Origin: Protoeuglena noctilucae
Lineage: Eukaryota
Assembly: GCA_958009085.1 (NCBI GenBank)
Contig: OY253678.1
Coordinates: 62,001-126,000 of the forward strand
DNA: 64,000 bases
Direction of reading: 5' to 3'
Position numbers and translations under genes: made by a program. Under the pieces are notes generated by a model that worked only from the letters and a program-made list of their open reading frames with translations, made no database searches and was not told the origin of the DNA. How positions within the stretch are numbered: the stretch's first letter is position 1; each line of letters opens with the position of its first letter. Positions 47,448-60,833 of the stretch are shown piece after piece.

Positions 47448-50400
47448 TATGATGTATCGCAAACGGACGCGCAACCCCGCGCGTCGTGGGGACCCGGCTT
47501 CCGCATCGCGGAGAAGGTGCGCACGCAGCGCTCCGCTTACAGCGCCCAGCACCGCGCACCCACGACCTTTCGCGAAGCCATAATCACCCCACACCTCCAT
47601 CACAGACCCATGCGTCCGCCGGACCGTCGGACTACTCAGCGTTCCGCCTCTCCCCGCCGCCGCGGGACTCGGCACCTTCCAGCCCCAATCGCCCCAGCCT
47701 CTCCTCCCCCCGCTCGCCCCCATCGCCTTACCCGCGCGAGCCTTCGATCCACGACACCGTCGCGCACCTCCCCGGCGCCCAGGCGACCGTTATCCCTCCA
47801 GCAGAGTCCGCCGTTGACGCACACGCACACGTACCCGCACACGCACCCGCACAAGCGCCCTCGCCGCCCGCCTTATCGGCGTTATCCAAGATCCCCGATC
47901 CTATCCTCGAGTCGCGGCGGAGATGGGCAGAGGCCAAGATGCGCGATCGCGACGCTGCGGCGGGGACGGGAGGAGCTGCAGATGTCGCCCAAGGTGGGTG
48001 CAACGCATTGCTGACTAAAAGCCAGCAGGCCAGACTGTGACACGTTAAACTACACCTGGGATGCTCTTGCTTACAAGCGGTGCCACTTGCGTCATTCTTG
48101 CTCGACGCTGCACCCGCTAAGGCGCCTTCTCTGACCCCTTCATGCCGGCCCTTTCGTGACCCGCCCAGCTACATACTCCCACCACCCCCCTCCGCCAGCA
48201 CATATGACTTCTCATCCTCACCGCTCCCCTCTCGCCCATTCAGATATCCCTCACCTGCCCGGAGCCGTGGAGCGGGTAAACCCCACCGTCACCGACGCCA
48301 CCGTCTTTGGAGCGTCAGAGCACTGGCATGCCAGACACGATGCTGCTAGCACGGCGCACTCCCCCAGGGCAGGGTTCAGCGGAATGCGAACCGTCGCGGG
48401 GGGCAGTGGCGGGGAGGAGTGGGAGGGTGGCAGCGTGTTTGGCGAGGCGGTGGGTGTTGAGGAGCGAGAGAGTGTCTTTGGGCAGTGGAATGATGGTGGT
48501 GGTGTCAAGGGAGTGGAGTGGGCGAGCGGGTGGAGTGCGGATAAGGGCGTGGGAGAGTGGGAGAGTCGGGTGGTGGGGGGCAGCGGTGGGGGTGGCGATG
48601 GCGGTGGTGGTGGTGGTGGTGGTGGTGGTGGTGGTTCAAGTGCTAATGCTGCAGTGGGTGGGGTGCAGCGTTCGAGTCGCCCCGTCGTCCGATTGCGGTC
48701 CATGTCCGGGGAGTGCCTGGAGATATCGGGGGAATCCGAGGGGGAGCAGGCGAGGGCGTTTTCTGATACACGCAAGCTGGCAATGACGAGTGGATGGGGT
48801 GGTGATGAGGGTTATGCAAAGGGCCAGTGGCCCTTTACCTGTTCATCATGACTCATTGATGCCACTTCAGGTCTCTGTGTCCAAAGCACCACTCGCATTC
48901 CCCACCGCATATACTGCCCCTCTCTCCCCCACCACCCACCCCACCCACTCCCTTTCCCCCTCAGGACCTATCCAGCCCCACCCACTCCCCCCGCCCCTCC
49001 CACCCCCCCCTCTCCCCCCGCCCCGCCATGCGCGTTCGCGTGATGCATCGATTTGAGGCCGTGGAGGAGGACGAGATGACCGTGGATGTGGGGGAGGAGT
49101 TGGTGATCGTCGATGACGCGGGGGAGGGGTGGCTGATTATCAGGACAAATGCAGGTGAGATGGGAGGGAGTTGGGTGGAATGGGCGTGATGGGGGGGAGG
49201 GGCGGTCAATGCTTGAACAGTCACAGTGGCTCACGAGTGAGCCATTCATAACATTCACTATCTTTCCATTCATTCCTCTTTCCTCTTTCATGCCCCCAGG
49301 TGCCGAGGGTTTGGTACCTGCATCGTACGTGCAGCACATCGGCACACATTCACAGGGCCACCACACACACAGCATTGGCCAAGACGACAGCCACAGAGAC
49401 GACAACGAGCGGGAATCGATGTTATCGATTGTAGAGCAGCCTGGTGTTCATCTGCATGACAGGGGTGACGGTTCGCATGTTGCTGAGCGGGCGGTAGTGG
49501 TGGGAGATGGGGTTGGGAGGGAGGAGATGAGGGGTGGGGGTGGCGATGCGATGAGGAAGGAGGAGATAAGTGCGATGGCAGATGAGGGGCGTGTGGATGG
49601 GAAACACAGTAGCACTGTTGACGGTGTGGGTGATGATGCGGGTGGTGGGGCGAGTGTGGTGGTGACGCTGGAGGGAGTGAGGGGATTGAGCGTGGGGGTG
49701 GAGGAGCTGCATGTGTCGCGGTTCGTGGGGCAGCGGGCGGCGGCCGTGGGGGCGCGGGGGGTGGTGGCAGTGGCGATGGAGGCATGTGTGACAGTTGGGG
49801 GGGGGTGAAGGTGAGGGGAGGGTGTTGGATTGGGAGTGGAAGTGAGGAGTGAGTGGTGTTGTTGGGGTGGTGGCGCTGGCGATGGAAGCGTGCGTAACCC
49901 GCCCTACCCTTACCCTGCCTCGTTCCATGCAGCTGCGTCAGGCGGTAACACCCACCCCGCGCCACACAGCGCCCTGCCACGCCTGACACTGGCACCTGAC
50001 ACCTGGGACAGACTGGCGCAGCGACTGCCAGAGGTGACGCCAGTCAGCGACGCGGGTGCCGGCCCTTTGCTTTGTCAGACCCCCCCACCCCTCTCACAGG
50101 TCGGGGCGTTCAACCCTCACCAGCTCTCACAGGTTATCTCCCTTTTGCACCCCCAGTGCTTGACCCTCACCCTCACCCTCTCCCCCACCCGCACCCCCCA
50201 CCCCTCGCCCACCCCCAACACCCAGCATTCATCAATCAGCCCCCCCGCCTTTGTCAAGCACTTTGCAATCAACAAGAGCCTCCAAGACTCGATTGCTGTC
50301 GGCTGGGGTGGAGTGGCGGGGACTGACAAGGGTGATAGGGGTGCAGAGGAGGGAAAAGGTGGAGCGCCGGTCAAGGGATTGAATCCCGCCGCGGATCGCG

Positions 50401-51987
50401 ACACGCCCCATTCTGGCGAGTCGATTCAGGCGGTGGTATACCTGCGCCCTTCGACGGTGGCGCTGCCAGAGGGGTTGAGATGGGCGGGGGTGAAGGGTGG
50501 CGGTGGTGGTGGTGCAGAGGGGGAGGGGGAGGGGATGAGGAGGGAGAGTGAGGGGGCAGCAGGTGAGGGAGAGTTTGAGAGGGTGGTGTGAGGGTGGGGT
50601 GGTGAGTGGGGTGGGGTGGCAGGTGAGGGTTTGTGTGAGTGGGACATGGTAAGTGGCGTGGCTGCGAGCTCGCATGGGGGGTGGTTTTGCACGGATTGTG
50701 AGCGTGGTCACGCCGTATGTTTAAAAATACAAAGTTTTTATTCAAATTCCAACCACTGTAACCCCCCCATCACCCCCCAGGCATCCACCGCATGCCGAGC
50801 GCGGGCCCGGCCATCGTCTCCGCCATCCTCCACGCCGTCTCTGATTGTGCCAAAGACGACCCGGCAATGTTAACCGCATTGAAATCGAATCTCCCCTTCA
50901 GCGCGCGCGTCCCGGTGTGGGTGCCTGTCATCACATACGCATTGCAGGGGGGCGCGTGCGGGAGGCCAATCGTGCTCTCCACGCGCTGGCGCAGGCGAGG
51001 GGATGCTGCGGGCGTCGTAGAGATGGATATTCTGTATATGTGTACATATATTTGATTTTATTTTATAATTGTCTGTATGTTATAATGGTGTGCTTCCTTG
51101 TCAAGTTATACTTATTGCAGTTGATAATTACTACTGTTAAATTATTATCACTTCCCTCTTTCCCATCCAGGCCCGGCATCCCCGAGGGCAGTCACGGGGA
51201 GGCGCGGGTGCGGTGTCGTGCGGACCCAAACATCGCGGGGGCGGTGAAGGGGGGCAGCATATGCCTGGACGTGCAGGCGAGTGGTGGGGATGGTGATATG
51301 TAGTGAAATGCTGAAAATATTATAAATGGTGATGACATTTTATCTACAGGATTGTAATTTATAATTACACTTTACGTCATTATATATAGTTATAATGATA
51401 ATAATTATGTACAAATATTGAAATACTCGCTGTTCTCTCCGCAGAACTGGCGCCCCCGCCTGCTCCCCTCCGGCAAGCCCAAGGCTTTGGTCCGCCCCAA
51501 GGCTCTGTGGTTGAACCAAACAGTGGTGTGGCCCATCCTGCAAGCACCCAGGGCGCAGACCAGCACGCAAAGGCAGCCCAGCGGGGGTGAGTGGTGATGA
51601 GAGAGTGGTAAAATAGGGGAATTATCAGTATTACTAGCAAGTAATGCCAAGACGGCAGCCCAGCGGGGGTGAGGGGCGCAGGCAGGGATAAGAGTGAGGG
51701 GTAATATCCAAGACGTCTGTTTGTGTTTCGTTATGACGACATTCCCTTCGCTTGTGTTATATCCCTCATCCATCCCACCTCATGTTCGTCCCGCAGAGAG
51801 CGTGCTTCTGTTCACGAACAGAGAGGGCTCTTTATTAAATGACCGGGAGGACAGCAAGGCGCCACTGGGAGTGCGGGCATCTGCAGCGGTGCGGGTGGAG
51901 GGACGGGGGGCATCACATGTCGCTGTCAAATGTGCGGGGCTGCCGGTGAGGGTCGGGGCGACGGTGCTGGCGACGGCGGAGCCTTGA
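47448..51987 (+). CDS. SH3-domain-containing multi-exon protein; boundaries uncertain
   Basis: SH3 at ~49040-49335: [47 protein letters not shown]. Further exon-like segments to ~51.9 kb. Confidence 0.55.
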
Positions 51988-52032
51988 GGATAGGGGTGGG
52001 TGGGAGTGGGGGTGGTGTTGAGGGTGGGAGAG

Positions 52033-52423
52033 AGGGTGGCAGTGGGGGTGGCAGTGGGGGTGGCAGTGGGGGTGGCAGGGAGGGTGGCAGTGAGGGTGGC
52101 AGTGAGGGTGGCAGTGGGGGTGGCAGGGAGGGTGGCAGGGAGGGTGGCAGTGAGGGTGGCAGTGAGGGTGGCAGTGGGGGTGGCAGTGGGTGTGGCAGTG
52201 GGGGTGGCAGTGAGGGTGGCAGTGAGGGTGGCAGTGGGGGTGGCAGTGGGTGTGGCAGTGGGGGTGGCAGTGAGGGTGGCAGTGAGGGTGGCAGTGGGGG
52301 TGGCAGGGAGGGTGGCAGGGAGGGTGGCAGTGAGGGTGGCAGTGAGGGTGGCAGTGGGGGTGGCAGGGAGGGTGGCAGTGAGGGTGGCAGTGGGGGTGGC
52401 AGGGAGGGTGGCAGTGGGGGTGG
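52033..52423. repeat. 12-bp minisatellite GGGTGGCAG(T/G)G(A/G), about 32 units
   Basis: Directly visible tandem array. Shorter copies of the motif occur at ~3350, ~20100, ~29230, ~31850-31970, ~40970, ~54040. Confidence 0.95.
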
Positions 52424-53030
52424 GGGTGATGGTGGCAGAGTGGGGGTGGAGCTGGCGAGAGCGCTGCGTGCCAATACAGCATGTACGGGCCACAGCAGGG
52501 GTCTTTTGTTGATGCCTTGCTCGGCTGGCCATAGCAGATTGAACGAAGCCCCATGTCACCACCCATCCTGTTCTCATCATTGCGCCTCGGCTGTTGTTGT
52601 GTCGGTATCACTGTTACAGAAGGATACCATCCCTCCTGTCCCCATCTCGCGTCTGGATGGCTTTGAAAAGGCGACGCTACGCTAGTGAACCATCAGCCAG
52701 CAGCCCGAAGCTCCCCCACGCCCCAAGCAGCGTACGACACCGCGACACTGGCGCCCGTTCCGACGCGGGGCATACCCACACTACGCCCCATGCCCCGCTT
52801 TCTCAACAGGGTGATCTGGCCTCGCTAGCTCCCCATCCCAGGCCTTGGAAAAGCGAAAGCCCCGCCTCCCCGCCACCCCATGGACTGATGTGAAACGCAC
52901 CCTTGGCCATGCACATGCGACGATCTCGCAGACTCCGCAACGCAGTTGGGATGAAGTGGCAAGGCAGCCATGCCACCCGATTCGTCCATTTTCAAATTCT
53001 CTTTTTTGAATTTCCCCCCTTGCCAGGCCC

Positions 53031-55501
53031 TCACTCGTCGTCGTCGTCGCCCTCCTCTGGGGAAGCAAGGGGGCGGGGGGCAGGGAGATGTCAGGAACGC
53101 GAGTGGCATGGGTGCAGATACGCGGGTGCGGGTGCGGGTGCAAGCAAGCAGGCATGCACACTACAAGTGTGTGTGTGCGGGTGTCTGTACACGTGTGTGC
53201 CCTCGCAGCCCAGCCGGCCCTCCAATGCAGAGGGTGGCCCGTCATTGAATGACGGCAGTGCGTGGGGCGGTCTCTGTCGCAGGGCACTACAATGCCGCCG
53301 GGGATGGGGCAGCCCCGGAGGTTCAACATCCCTGCATGCTCATGAGCGCATATAACCATGCCCACGCACATCTGCTGCCGACGTGCCCAGAACACCCACC
53401 GTCCCTCACCTATCACCAATCCCAGCCAAGCACCTATCACCGATCCCAGCCAAGCACATCTACTAGCCATCACCTTACACCAACACCCATCATCTCACAC
53501 ACCCACGTAACCATCTCCACCCCCCCTCACCGTCCTGCCCGTCGTCATCGGGGTCGTCCCCATCGTCGTCGCCCTGCCCGTCCTCCCCCTCCCCATCGTC
53601 ATCTCTCTCCTCTTCCTCCTTCCCAGCGCCGCCCTCGGCCTTCCCAGCACCGGCGTGGTGGCCGGCGGCGTGGCCGGCGGCGGCGGCGGGGGCCGGGGCA
53701 CCGCCCGCAGTCGCACCTGCGGTGTGGGCTGCCTGCGCGTGCGCTCCCTGCCCCTGCGCGGCTTGCGCGTGGGCGGCTTGCGCGTAGGCCTGCTGGTACG
53801 CCTGGGCTTGCGCCTGCGCCTGGGCCTGCTGCGTCTGCATTTGCGCCATCTGGGCCTGGTAGAGCTGGTAGCCGTACATCTTGGCCTGCAGCTGCTGGTT
53901 GTACTGGGCCGCCAGCGTCTGGACCTGCTCGGGGGTGTAGCCGCGCTGCTGGGCGAGCGCCAGCTGCTCCTGCGCGTACTTCTGGTAGTACTGGAGCTGC
54001 AAGGGAGACGGGGGGGGGGGGAAAGGTGAGTGATGTTGGGGTGGCAGTGAGGGTGAGAGTAGGGGTGACGGTGCGCGTGTTCGTTTCTGGTCAAGCAGTG
54101 GGAGGTTCTACATCTCTGAGTCACCACTAAACTATCCCCATCTCCCATCCTCGCCTGCTCGTAGGTGATGAGCTCCACCGCCTGCCCCGCCACCTGGCCA
54201 CTCAGGTCGACGCCGCCCGAGGCGTCGCCGTGGCCCTTGGAAGGGGCCTGGGGGGGCGATGGAGATGGGATAGAAGGTTTTATCGACAACATGAACATCT
54301 CCTTCGAAATGTATACATAAGTATCATGGGCTGGGATCCAAGGAGGCGGCCAGCACCCATCCGCACCACGTCACGATAGCAAACCCACCCACACCCACAC
54401 CCACACCCACACCCACGCCATCCTTCTCATCGATTTCAAAAACCCTCACCACTGCGTCCCCAGAGTCTCCCGAAGTGGCGGCGTGGGCCCGGCCCCTCCC
54501 GCGCCCGCGACCGCGCCCACGGCCACGACCACGGCTGGCCTTGGGAGAGTCGTCGTCAGCGATGCGGGACACCACCCTGCGCGGCGACAAGGCACGCAGA
54601 GACAAGACCTCAGCCATGCGCAACCTCCACAAGCGTCAACACCACACATCGCGCTCGCGCGCTCCGGCACCCGCGCACGCACATCAAGTCAAGTTCACAA
54701 AGCGTAGCAGCGCAGTGGGCGTGTTACACCGCAAATCACCTGCGGGCGTTGTCGTCGGTGTACTCCTCGCCCTCAGAGTCGACGTTCCCCTCCGCAAGGA
54801 CCGTGTAGTTGACGCGCGCGCGACGGCTCGACCGGCGCGTGGGCTGCAGGGACTGCGGGGAGGCGCGGGAGGGGGATGGAAGTCGAGCGGGGCCGGCGGG
54901 GAGCGGGAGCGGGCGAGGGGGCGGGCGGTCGCGGGGCGGGGGGGGCGACATGGGCCAGATTGGGTTGGCGGGAGATCGCGCGGGTGGGGACGGCGAGCGC
55001 GGCCGGGAACGAGGAAAGGGGCGATACGCGAGGAACGGAGGCGCGGAGGCGGGGCGGCGGGGGCGGGCGCGGCGCGGGGGACCCGGGCGCCCGCGCTGGG
55101 AGGGGAGGAGTGCAGCACACACAACTGGGCGCCTTCCGCGCCCGCGGGGCCACGTGCGCGGACGCGGGGCGCGCCGTGCGGGAAAGGCGGACTCTTGAGG
55201 CCGGCGGCCGCGCAAGCGGGCCGCGGGAGCGCGCTGGCGCGAGGAGCTGTCACGGCCAGCCCGACGCCGCGCGCGCCCAGCCATCGCCGGGACCCGGCCC
55301 TCCCGGGCCCCGCCCGCCCCGAGACTTGGGCGGAGTTTGAAAGTACGGCGGGATGAGCGCGCCCACGCGCCCGGACGCGGCGCACGAGAGACGAGGACCG
55401 GGGGGAGCTGGGTTTCGAAAACATGCTGACGGGAGGTGCTTCCCGCCATGCGGGAGGGCCCGGCCCGCGCCCCCGCGGCAGCGTGCGCTCACCTCCTCCA
55501 T
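53031..55501 (-). CDS. Hypothetical low-complexity protein (RG repeat, Q/A/Y-rich region, acidic tail), possibly nuclear
   Basis: Spliced model MEE|PTRRSSRRARVNY...RGRGRGRGRGR...QYYQKYAQEQ...EEGDDDDE*. Confidence 0.6.
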
Positions 55502-55842
55502 CTTTTCCGCAGCCGCTGCTGCTCGAGGCGAAGGCCGGCGATCTGCTCAACGGCAGAGGACCGTTGAGGGGGACAGTGACGGCACCAGCGACGCCGATGG
55601 ACGCGCCGATCTGATGACGAAGTTCAGGCAGGACGGAGGGAGGCAGCAGAGGGCCGCCCGGACGTCTCCAGGCGAGATGGGCGAGGGCAGCACAGCGGGC
55701 GCCACTGCGAGCCGCGATCCGCGTCCCGAGTTCGAATTGAGTCGGGAGCCGCTTCCCCGCGCCCTGAGGACCTCGCTGGCGGGCCGCGCGAGTGTTGCGC
55801 CAGAAACACCACAGCCAGAGGCTTCAAGGGCCGCGAGGGCAT

Positions 55843-57162
55843 CTAGGCCTGCCATTGCCACGGGAATTCGCTGGCGTAGTACGCCGCCCCAATCCGCTGG
55901 TCCGCGGCCGCGGTCTGGGGCCTCTCGCTCCACTCGCGCGGGGGCAGCTGCGGGGCGGCGTAGACGGACGAGTAGGAGGTGTTGTACCGCGACGCGTCCT
56001 GCACGGGCGCGTTGGGCGAGTAGGGCAGCTGCTCCTGGAGCTGCTGCGGCTGCTGGCCGGGCGAACGGGCCCAGTCGCTGCCCGCCTGGGGCTGCGCGGG
56101 CGCCGTGGTGGGCCTCTCCGTAGGCGCGTGCCACTCCAGGATGCCGGGGTTGCCGTCCCGCACCGCGTACGCCGCCGTCGGGGCATCCGGCCGCCCCAGC
56201 TTCATCCCGCGCATCCACTTGACCCTGCGCGGTCACCACCGGGGACCCAGCTTGCTTCCCGCGACCCTCGCGTGCCCTGCGCTCCGCCCCGCCGCATCGA
56301 GCGCTGCGCTGTGGCACCGACGCTGCGCAACGCTCGCCTGTCCTGGTCCTTGTTGAAGAACTTGCCCGCCACGCCGGCGTCCGTGGACGCCTGGTGCGCC
56401 TCGTAAGCGTCCAAGTCACGCTCGTACTGCCGCATCACGTTGCGCTCCATCTCCAGCTGCTGGTTCTCTGCCATCACGTGGCGCAGGTACGCGCGCCTGC
56501 GGGCGGCGCAGGGCGCAGGAGAGGTGGCATGCATGCCTCACTTCTTGCGAGAGCGCCTGGACCAATGTAGACCCATTGACCCCTGCCACGAGCTGCCCCC
56601 ACCTCATCTGCTTCTCGTAGTCCTCGTTTCCGGCCCAAGGGTTCACCCGGTCGTGCCAGGGGATCGAAGAGTAGCTGCGGTAGCCAAAGTCCCACTGCGA
56701 GCACATGGGCGCGCGCTTGGGTCTCTCCGGGTCCTCCGGGTCGGTCAGTCGATCGCAGCGAGTAAGTAATGTGTTTCTCGCTATATTCCTACCTCCGGCA
56801 CGGCCTTCCTCTCGGCCTCCTCCTCCACGCGCTGCTGCTGGCGGGCCGCAAGCTGGTCCTGGATGTCCGTGCGGACCCGCTCAAAGTCCTCCACGCGCTC
56901 CTGGTCCTCCGGATCAAAAGCCCTACGAATGCGGTCCTGCATGGAGCCGGGAGGGCCGGGAGCGGTGCTCGACAGGCGCCACACGGCTCGCGACGGGGCG
57001 GCCCCTGGAGGCGAGGCCACTCACGTGCGTCTCGCTGTTCTTGTCACGCTTCGAGCTCCAGTACGCGACTTCCTGGTTGTACTGGCGGTCCTCGCTCTCG
57101 ATGTTCGCCGCGTACGCCGTCGCGCGGACCTTGCGGTCCAGGATGCTGTTCTTCTTGAACAT
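55843..57162 (-). CDS. Hypothetical multi-exon protein
   Basis: Exon-like ORFs MFKKNSILDRKV..., DRIRRAFDPEDQ..., WDFGYRSYSSIPWHD..., AYLRHVMAENQQ... with GT-AG edges; no family recognised. Confidence 0.6.
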
Positions 57163-57731
57163 TTTCCGCGATCCGGCCCTGCGGCGGGCGCGAAAGACGA
57201 GCACGGATCGCACGTGTTCGCCTTCAGGATTACGACAGCCTGGCGCGACCGGCGCGAGAGGGCTCGGCTGCCGCGCTCGACGCGCTTGAGTCGCGGGCCA
57301 TGCGGAATGCCTCCCGCGGCCATTCGGACCCGCATTTTCCGGCGAGAACAGCCTCGCGCACAGCAATTGATGTAAGCATCTTGACAGCAGCATCTGACCC
57401 TCCATCGGCGCTCGGAGGGGGCCGGCGCGCGGTGCACGTCACGCCACCTGGAAGCGCAGGGCGGAGGCCCTCTCACCCGTCCGTCGGGCCCGGCAGGGCG
57501 CGGGAGCTCGCCGATGGTCGTTGGACAGGAGCCACTCCAGCTGCCGACACACGCCTCCCTCCCCGTTGTTACTCCGGTCCCACCCAAACGTTCAAGCGAG
57601 ATGGCGGGGAAGGTTAGGGCACGGCTGTCAATGTTACGCTCAAAGTTTGTTTTCGTGGCCTCCCGAGCTGGGCTGGCATTCACAGCGCCGGCAGCCTAAA
57701 AACCCTCCCCTTATTGTGAAAACGTCGTCAT

Positions 57732-60700
57732 TTAACGCGCTGCGAGGCTGGCGTAGGCGTCAATGGCGCGGAGATGGTCCCCAACGGACGTGAGGGTGTT
57801 GGCGACGAGGAGCCCGCTCGCCGCCGCTGCAGGGACGCCGATCCCCGGCTGCGTCGAGTCTCCGCAGACGAAGAGACCGGGGACGGGCGTCTTGCACCCG
57901 GGGAAGCTGCCAGACGCCGCGGAGATGGCCGGACCGTACGAGCCGCGATAGCGCCGCAGGAAGCGCGCGTGCGTCAGGGGCGTCCCGACCAGCACCACCT
58001 CGGCCCGGCTGCGCACGTCCGGAATCACCTTCTCCAGCGCCCTCCAGAGCGGCTCGGCCCGCGCCTCCTTCATCGCCTCGTACTCGGCGCTGCCGTACCG
58101 CACGCCCTCCCACCTGCAGCCGACGGATCGCAGCTCTCACAGTGCGGTCCTGCGCCTGCAGCGACGAGCCCCAGCGCGGCATGCGTCACTAACTGACCAC
58201 CTCCGCGTTCACAGCCGCACCTGGCGAAGTCCTCGTTTGCGGCGCTGTACACGTGGATCGCGTGGGTGCCCGGGGGAGCGGCGCGGGGGCAGAGCACGCT
58301 CGGGATAGAAATGTTGATCACGTTCATGTCCTGTGGTTGGAACGAGACGCCAGGAGAGGTCTAAACATGATACATGGCAGTACACTGCAACACGCCCAAC
58401 ATGTCGTAATAACTAGCCTGTGGCCGTGACTCGCGCGATGTGCAAGCAAGCAAGCGCGTCCTCACCTCGTCAAGGGGCCTGTCCCACGTCTCGACCGCCA
58501 AGTGATGGATCCCGATGTCCTCGGGGGCGGGCAAGCCCTCCGCACGTATCCCGACGTGCAGGTGCATGAAGGAACCGCACATAGGGGTGGCCATGGATTG
58601 CTTGGCCCATCCCTCAATGCCGCTCGGGGCACCCGCGCTCGCGGCCAGGATGTTCGACGTGTCCCACTGCAATCCATCACAGGCATATGTGTGATGGCTT
58701 GGCATGTCCCACCGTTAGTAGTACTTACCACAGGCACTATGACGCATCGCGGTGTGGCATGTGTTCAGCAATATGCCCACTCTTGCTTATCCTCGCTCAT
58801 TCATCTCTCACCACAGATGCATTGGAGATGACTCCCTTGGTCGCACGCACAGTGCCCCGCTTCCCCCGTAGCCGCACCCCCGCAGCCCGCCCTCCCTCAA
58901 ACACGATCCCATCCACATGCGCACGAAGCTCCAAGCGACCCCTGCGATATATGAGTGGCCATATCGATGCTTATTGAGTGCCAGCCACATGCAAGGCCCC
59001 ACCCCGAGGGTGCCTCTCTCACCGTCAAAGCCAAGCCATGACAGCCCACGCCTCATGTCACCTCCCACCTCACCCACACCCCTCAATCGCCAACGCTACC
59101 CACGCCCTTACACCCCCTTATAGTAATAAATCTCACCCGTGTTTCTTCAACCCCCGCACGAGCGCCTCCACCAGCGCCGCCGTGCCCCCAATGGGGTAGT
59201 CCACGGACCCTCCCGGTGCATTGCGCTCGGCGTACATGAAGGCCATCTCGGCACAGATGGTGTCCTTGGCTGCGAAACAGATGATGGTTGAGAGCACGAT
59301 TGCATGCTTGGATGATGCAACCATGTGCTTGGTATGCAATGCACCCTCTCGCCCATCAGTATTCCTCACTACCCCCACTCGCCTGTCATGCCCGACAGCA
59401 GAAAACACTCCAGGTCCAGCACCCGCAGCAACCTCTCGTCCGTCACGTGCTTTCGCACAGTATCCAAGAAAGGCTGCGTGATTTGCGAGGAGGCCAGCCC
59501 CGTGCGGAGGAGCTTGAGAGGGTCGATGCGGGAAGCGGTCAGGACGACGCCGGGGTCGTAGCGGAGGTGGGTGGCGGGGAGGTCGCCGGACATGATGCCC
59601 TGAGAGGGAAGGAGGGTGGTGATAGTCTCAACTTCACGCACTCACGGCGCCAGCCCCTCCATTTCCACCCACCCCACGCTTCTCGGTCGTCCTTATCAGC
59701 CGCAGCACCCGACTCGCCACACACTACCACCATGACCACCACCACTATCACTTATCCACCCCCCTTTGCTCCTGCCCCTCACCAGCGGCAGCACCCGACT
59801 CGCCATACACTACCACCGCCGCTACCCATACCGCCACTATTACCATCCCCCTCCCCAGTCATCCACGCCCCTTTGCTCCTGCCCCTCACCAGCGGCAGCA
59901 GCTCCGCCTCCAGCGCCGCCCACTGCCTCGCCGCCTCGTCCCCCAGCCACTCCCGCAGCGCCCGCGTGTACTCGACACCCCCGGTCAAAAAGTCGAAACG
60001 GCCCTCTGGCAGGTGGGCTGACCAGGACCGATATGACTTGCATTCCACAGACTCGCCCAGCAAGTCCAGCACCTGGGGGGAAGAGATACAGGGAGGTGTT
60101 GACGGTCCATAAAGCAACTTCCATGCGCAACTATGGGAGAGCATAGGACATGAAATGGGTGGCCAGCATACGGGGCCATGCAACCGCAGGCTGCCTGAAG
60201 CCGACGCCCCTCCCTTGCCGTGCGTGCAATGCTCCACACATGGTGCTCCACACATCACAGCCTCTAGTCCCCCAGCTCTCGCCTGCCGCAGCGGGTTCTT
60301 CGACTGCCCCAGCGGGGCGCTGAGGCCCGCGTGAAAGGAGGGGCCCGACTCAAATACGTACGTGCCACTGGGACCCCTCACGCGGAACGCGTGCGCGGCG
60401 CCCCCGGGCGCGTAGTGAGACTCGCATACGGTCACGCGGTTGCCGCGCAAGGCCAGGACAGCCGCAGCGCACAGACCGCCGATGCCGGAGCCGATTACCA
60501 CGTAGTCCGTCTCGTGCGATGCGTCGGTAGCGGATGAAGGCGAGGGCCCCGCGTCTTGTGGGTCGCCCACAAGCTCGACCGCGGAGCTCGAAACGGAGGC
60601 GCGGGATGGCTGCGAATGGGAAGAAGGATGCGCATCCCAGAAGACAGGGTGAGGGTTTGCTGGAAGTGGGCGAGGGAGTGGCTGCGCTGTGGGGGGATTC

Positions 60701-60833
60701 TCGCGGATCGCCGCTCGCCACGCACCAGGAATCGGCGAGGCAGGTGCTTTCGGTCTCCATAAACGCAGTTGGCCCGGCGACGCGGGGCCAGGACGCCGCA
60801 GGACGGCGCGTGGAGCAGCGCGGGGGCGACCAT
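57732..60833 (-). CDS. FAD-dependent oxidoreductase, carotenoid isomerase/phytoene dehydrogenase (CRTISO-like) family
   Basis: VVIGSGIGGL (Rossmann), ESHYAPGGAAH, FESGPS, GTPLTHARFLRR..GSYGP, CGDST.PGIGVPAAAASG. Confidence 0.88.

Noticed and set aside
51780..52685. Repetitive ORFs (TATL, HCHP, PPSL, GGSE, VAVG) resembling extensin or metallothionein
   Set aside because: All frames are open because of the 12-bp minisatellite; no evidence of coding.
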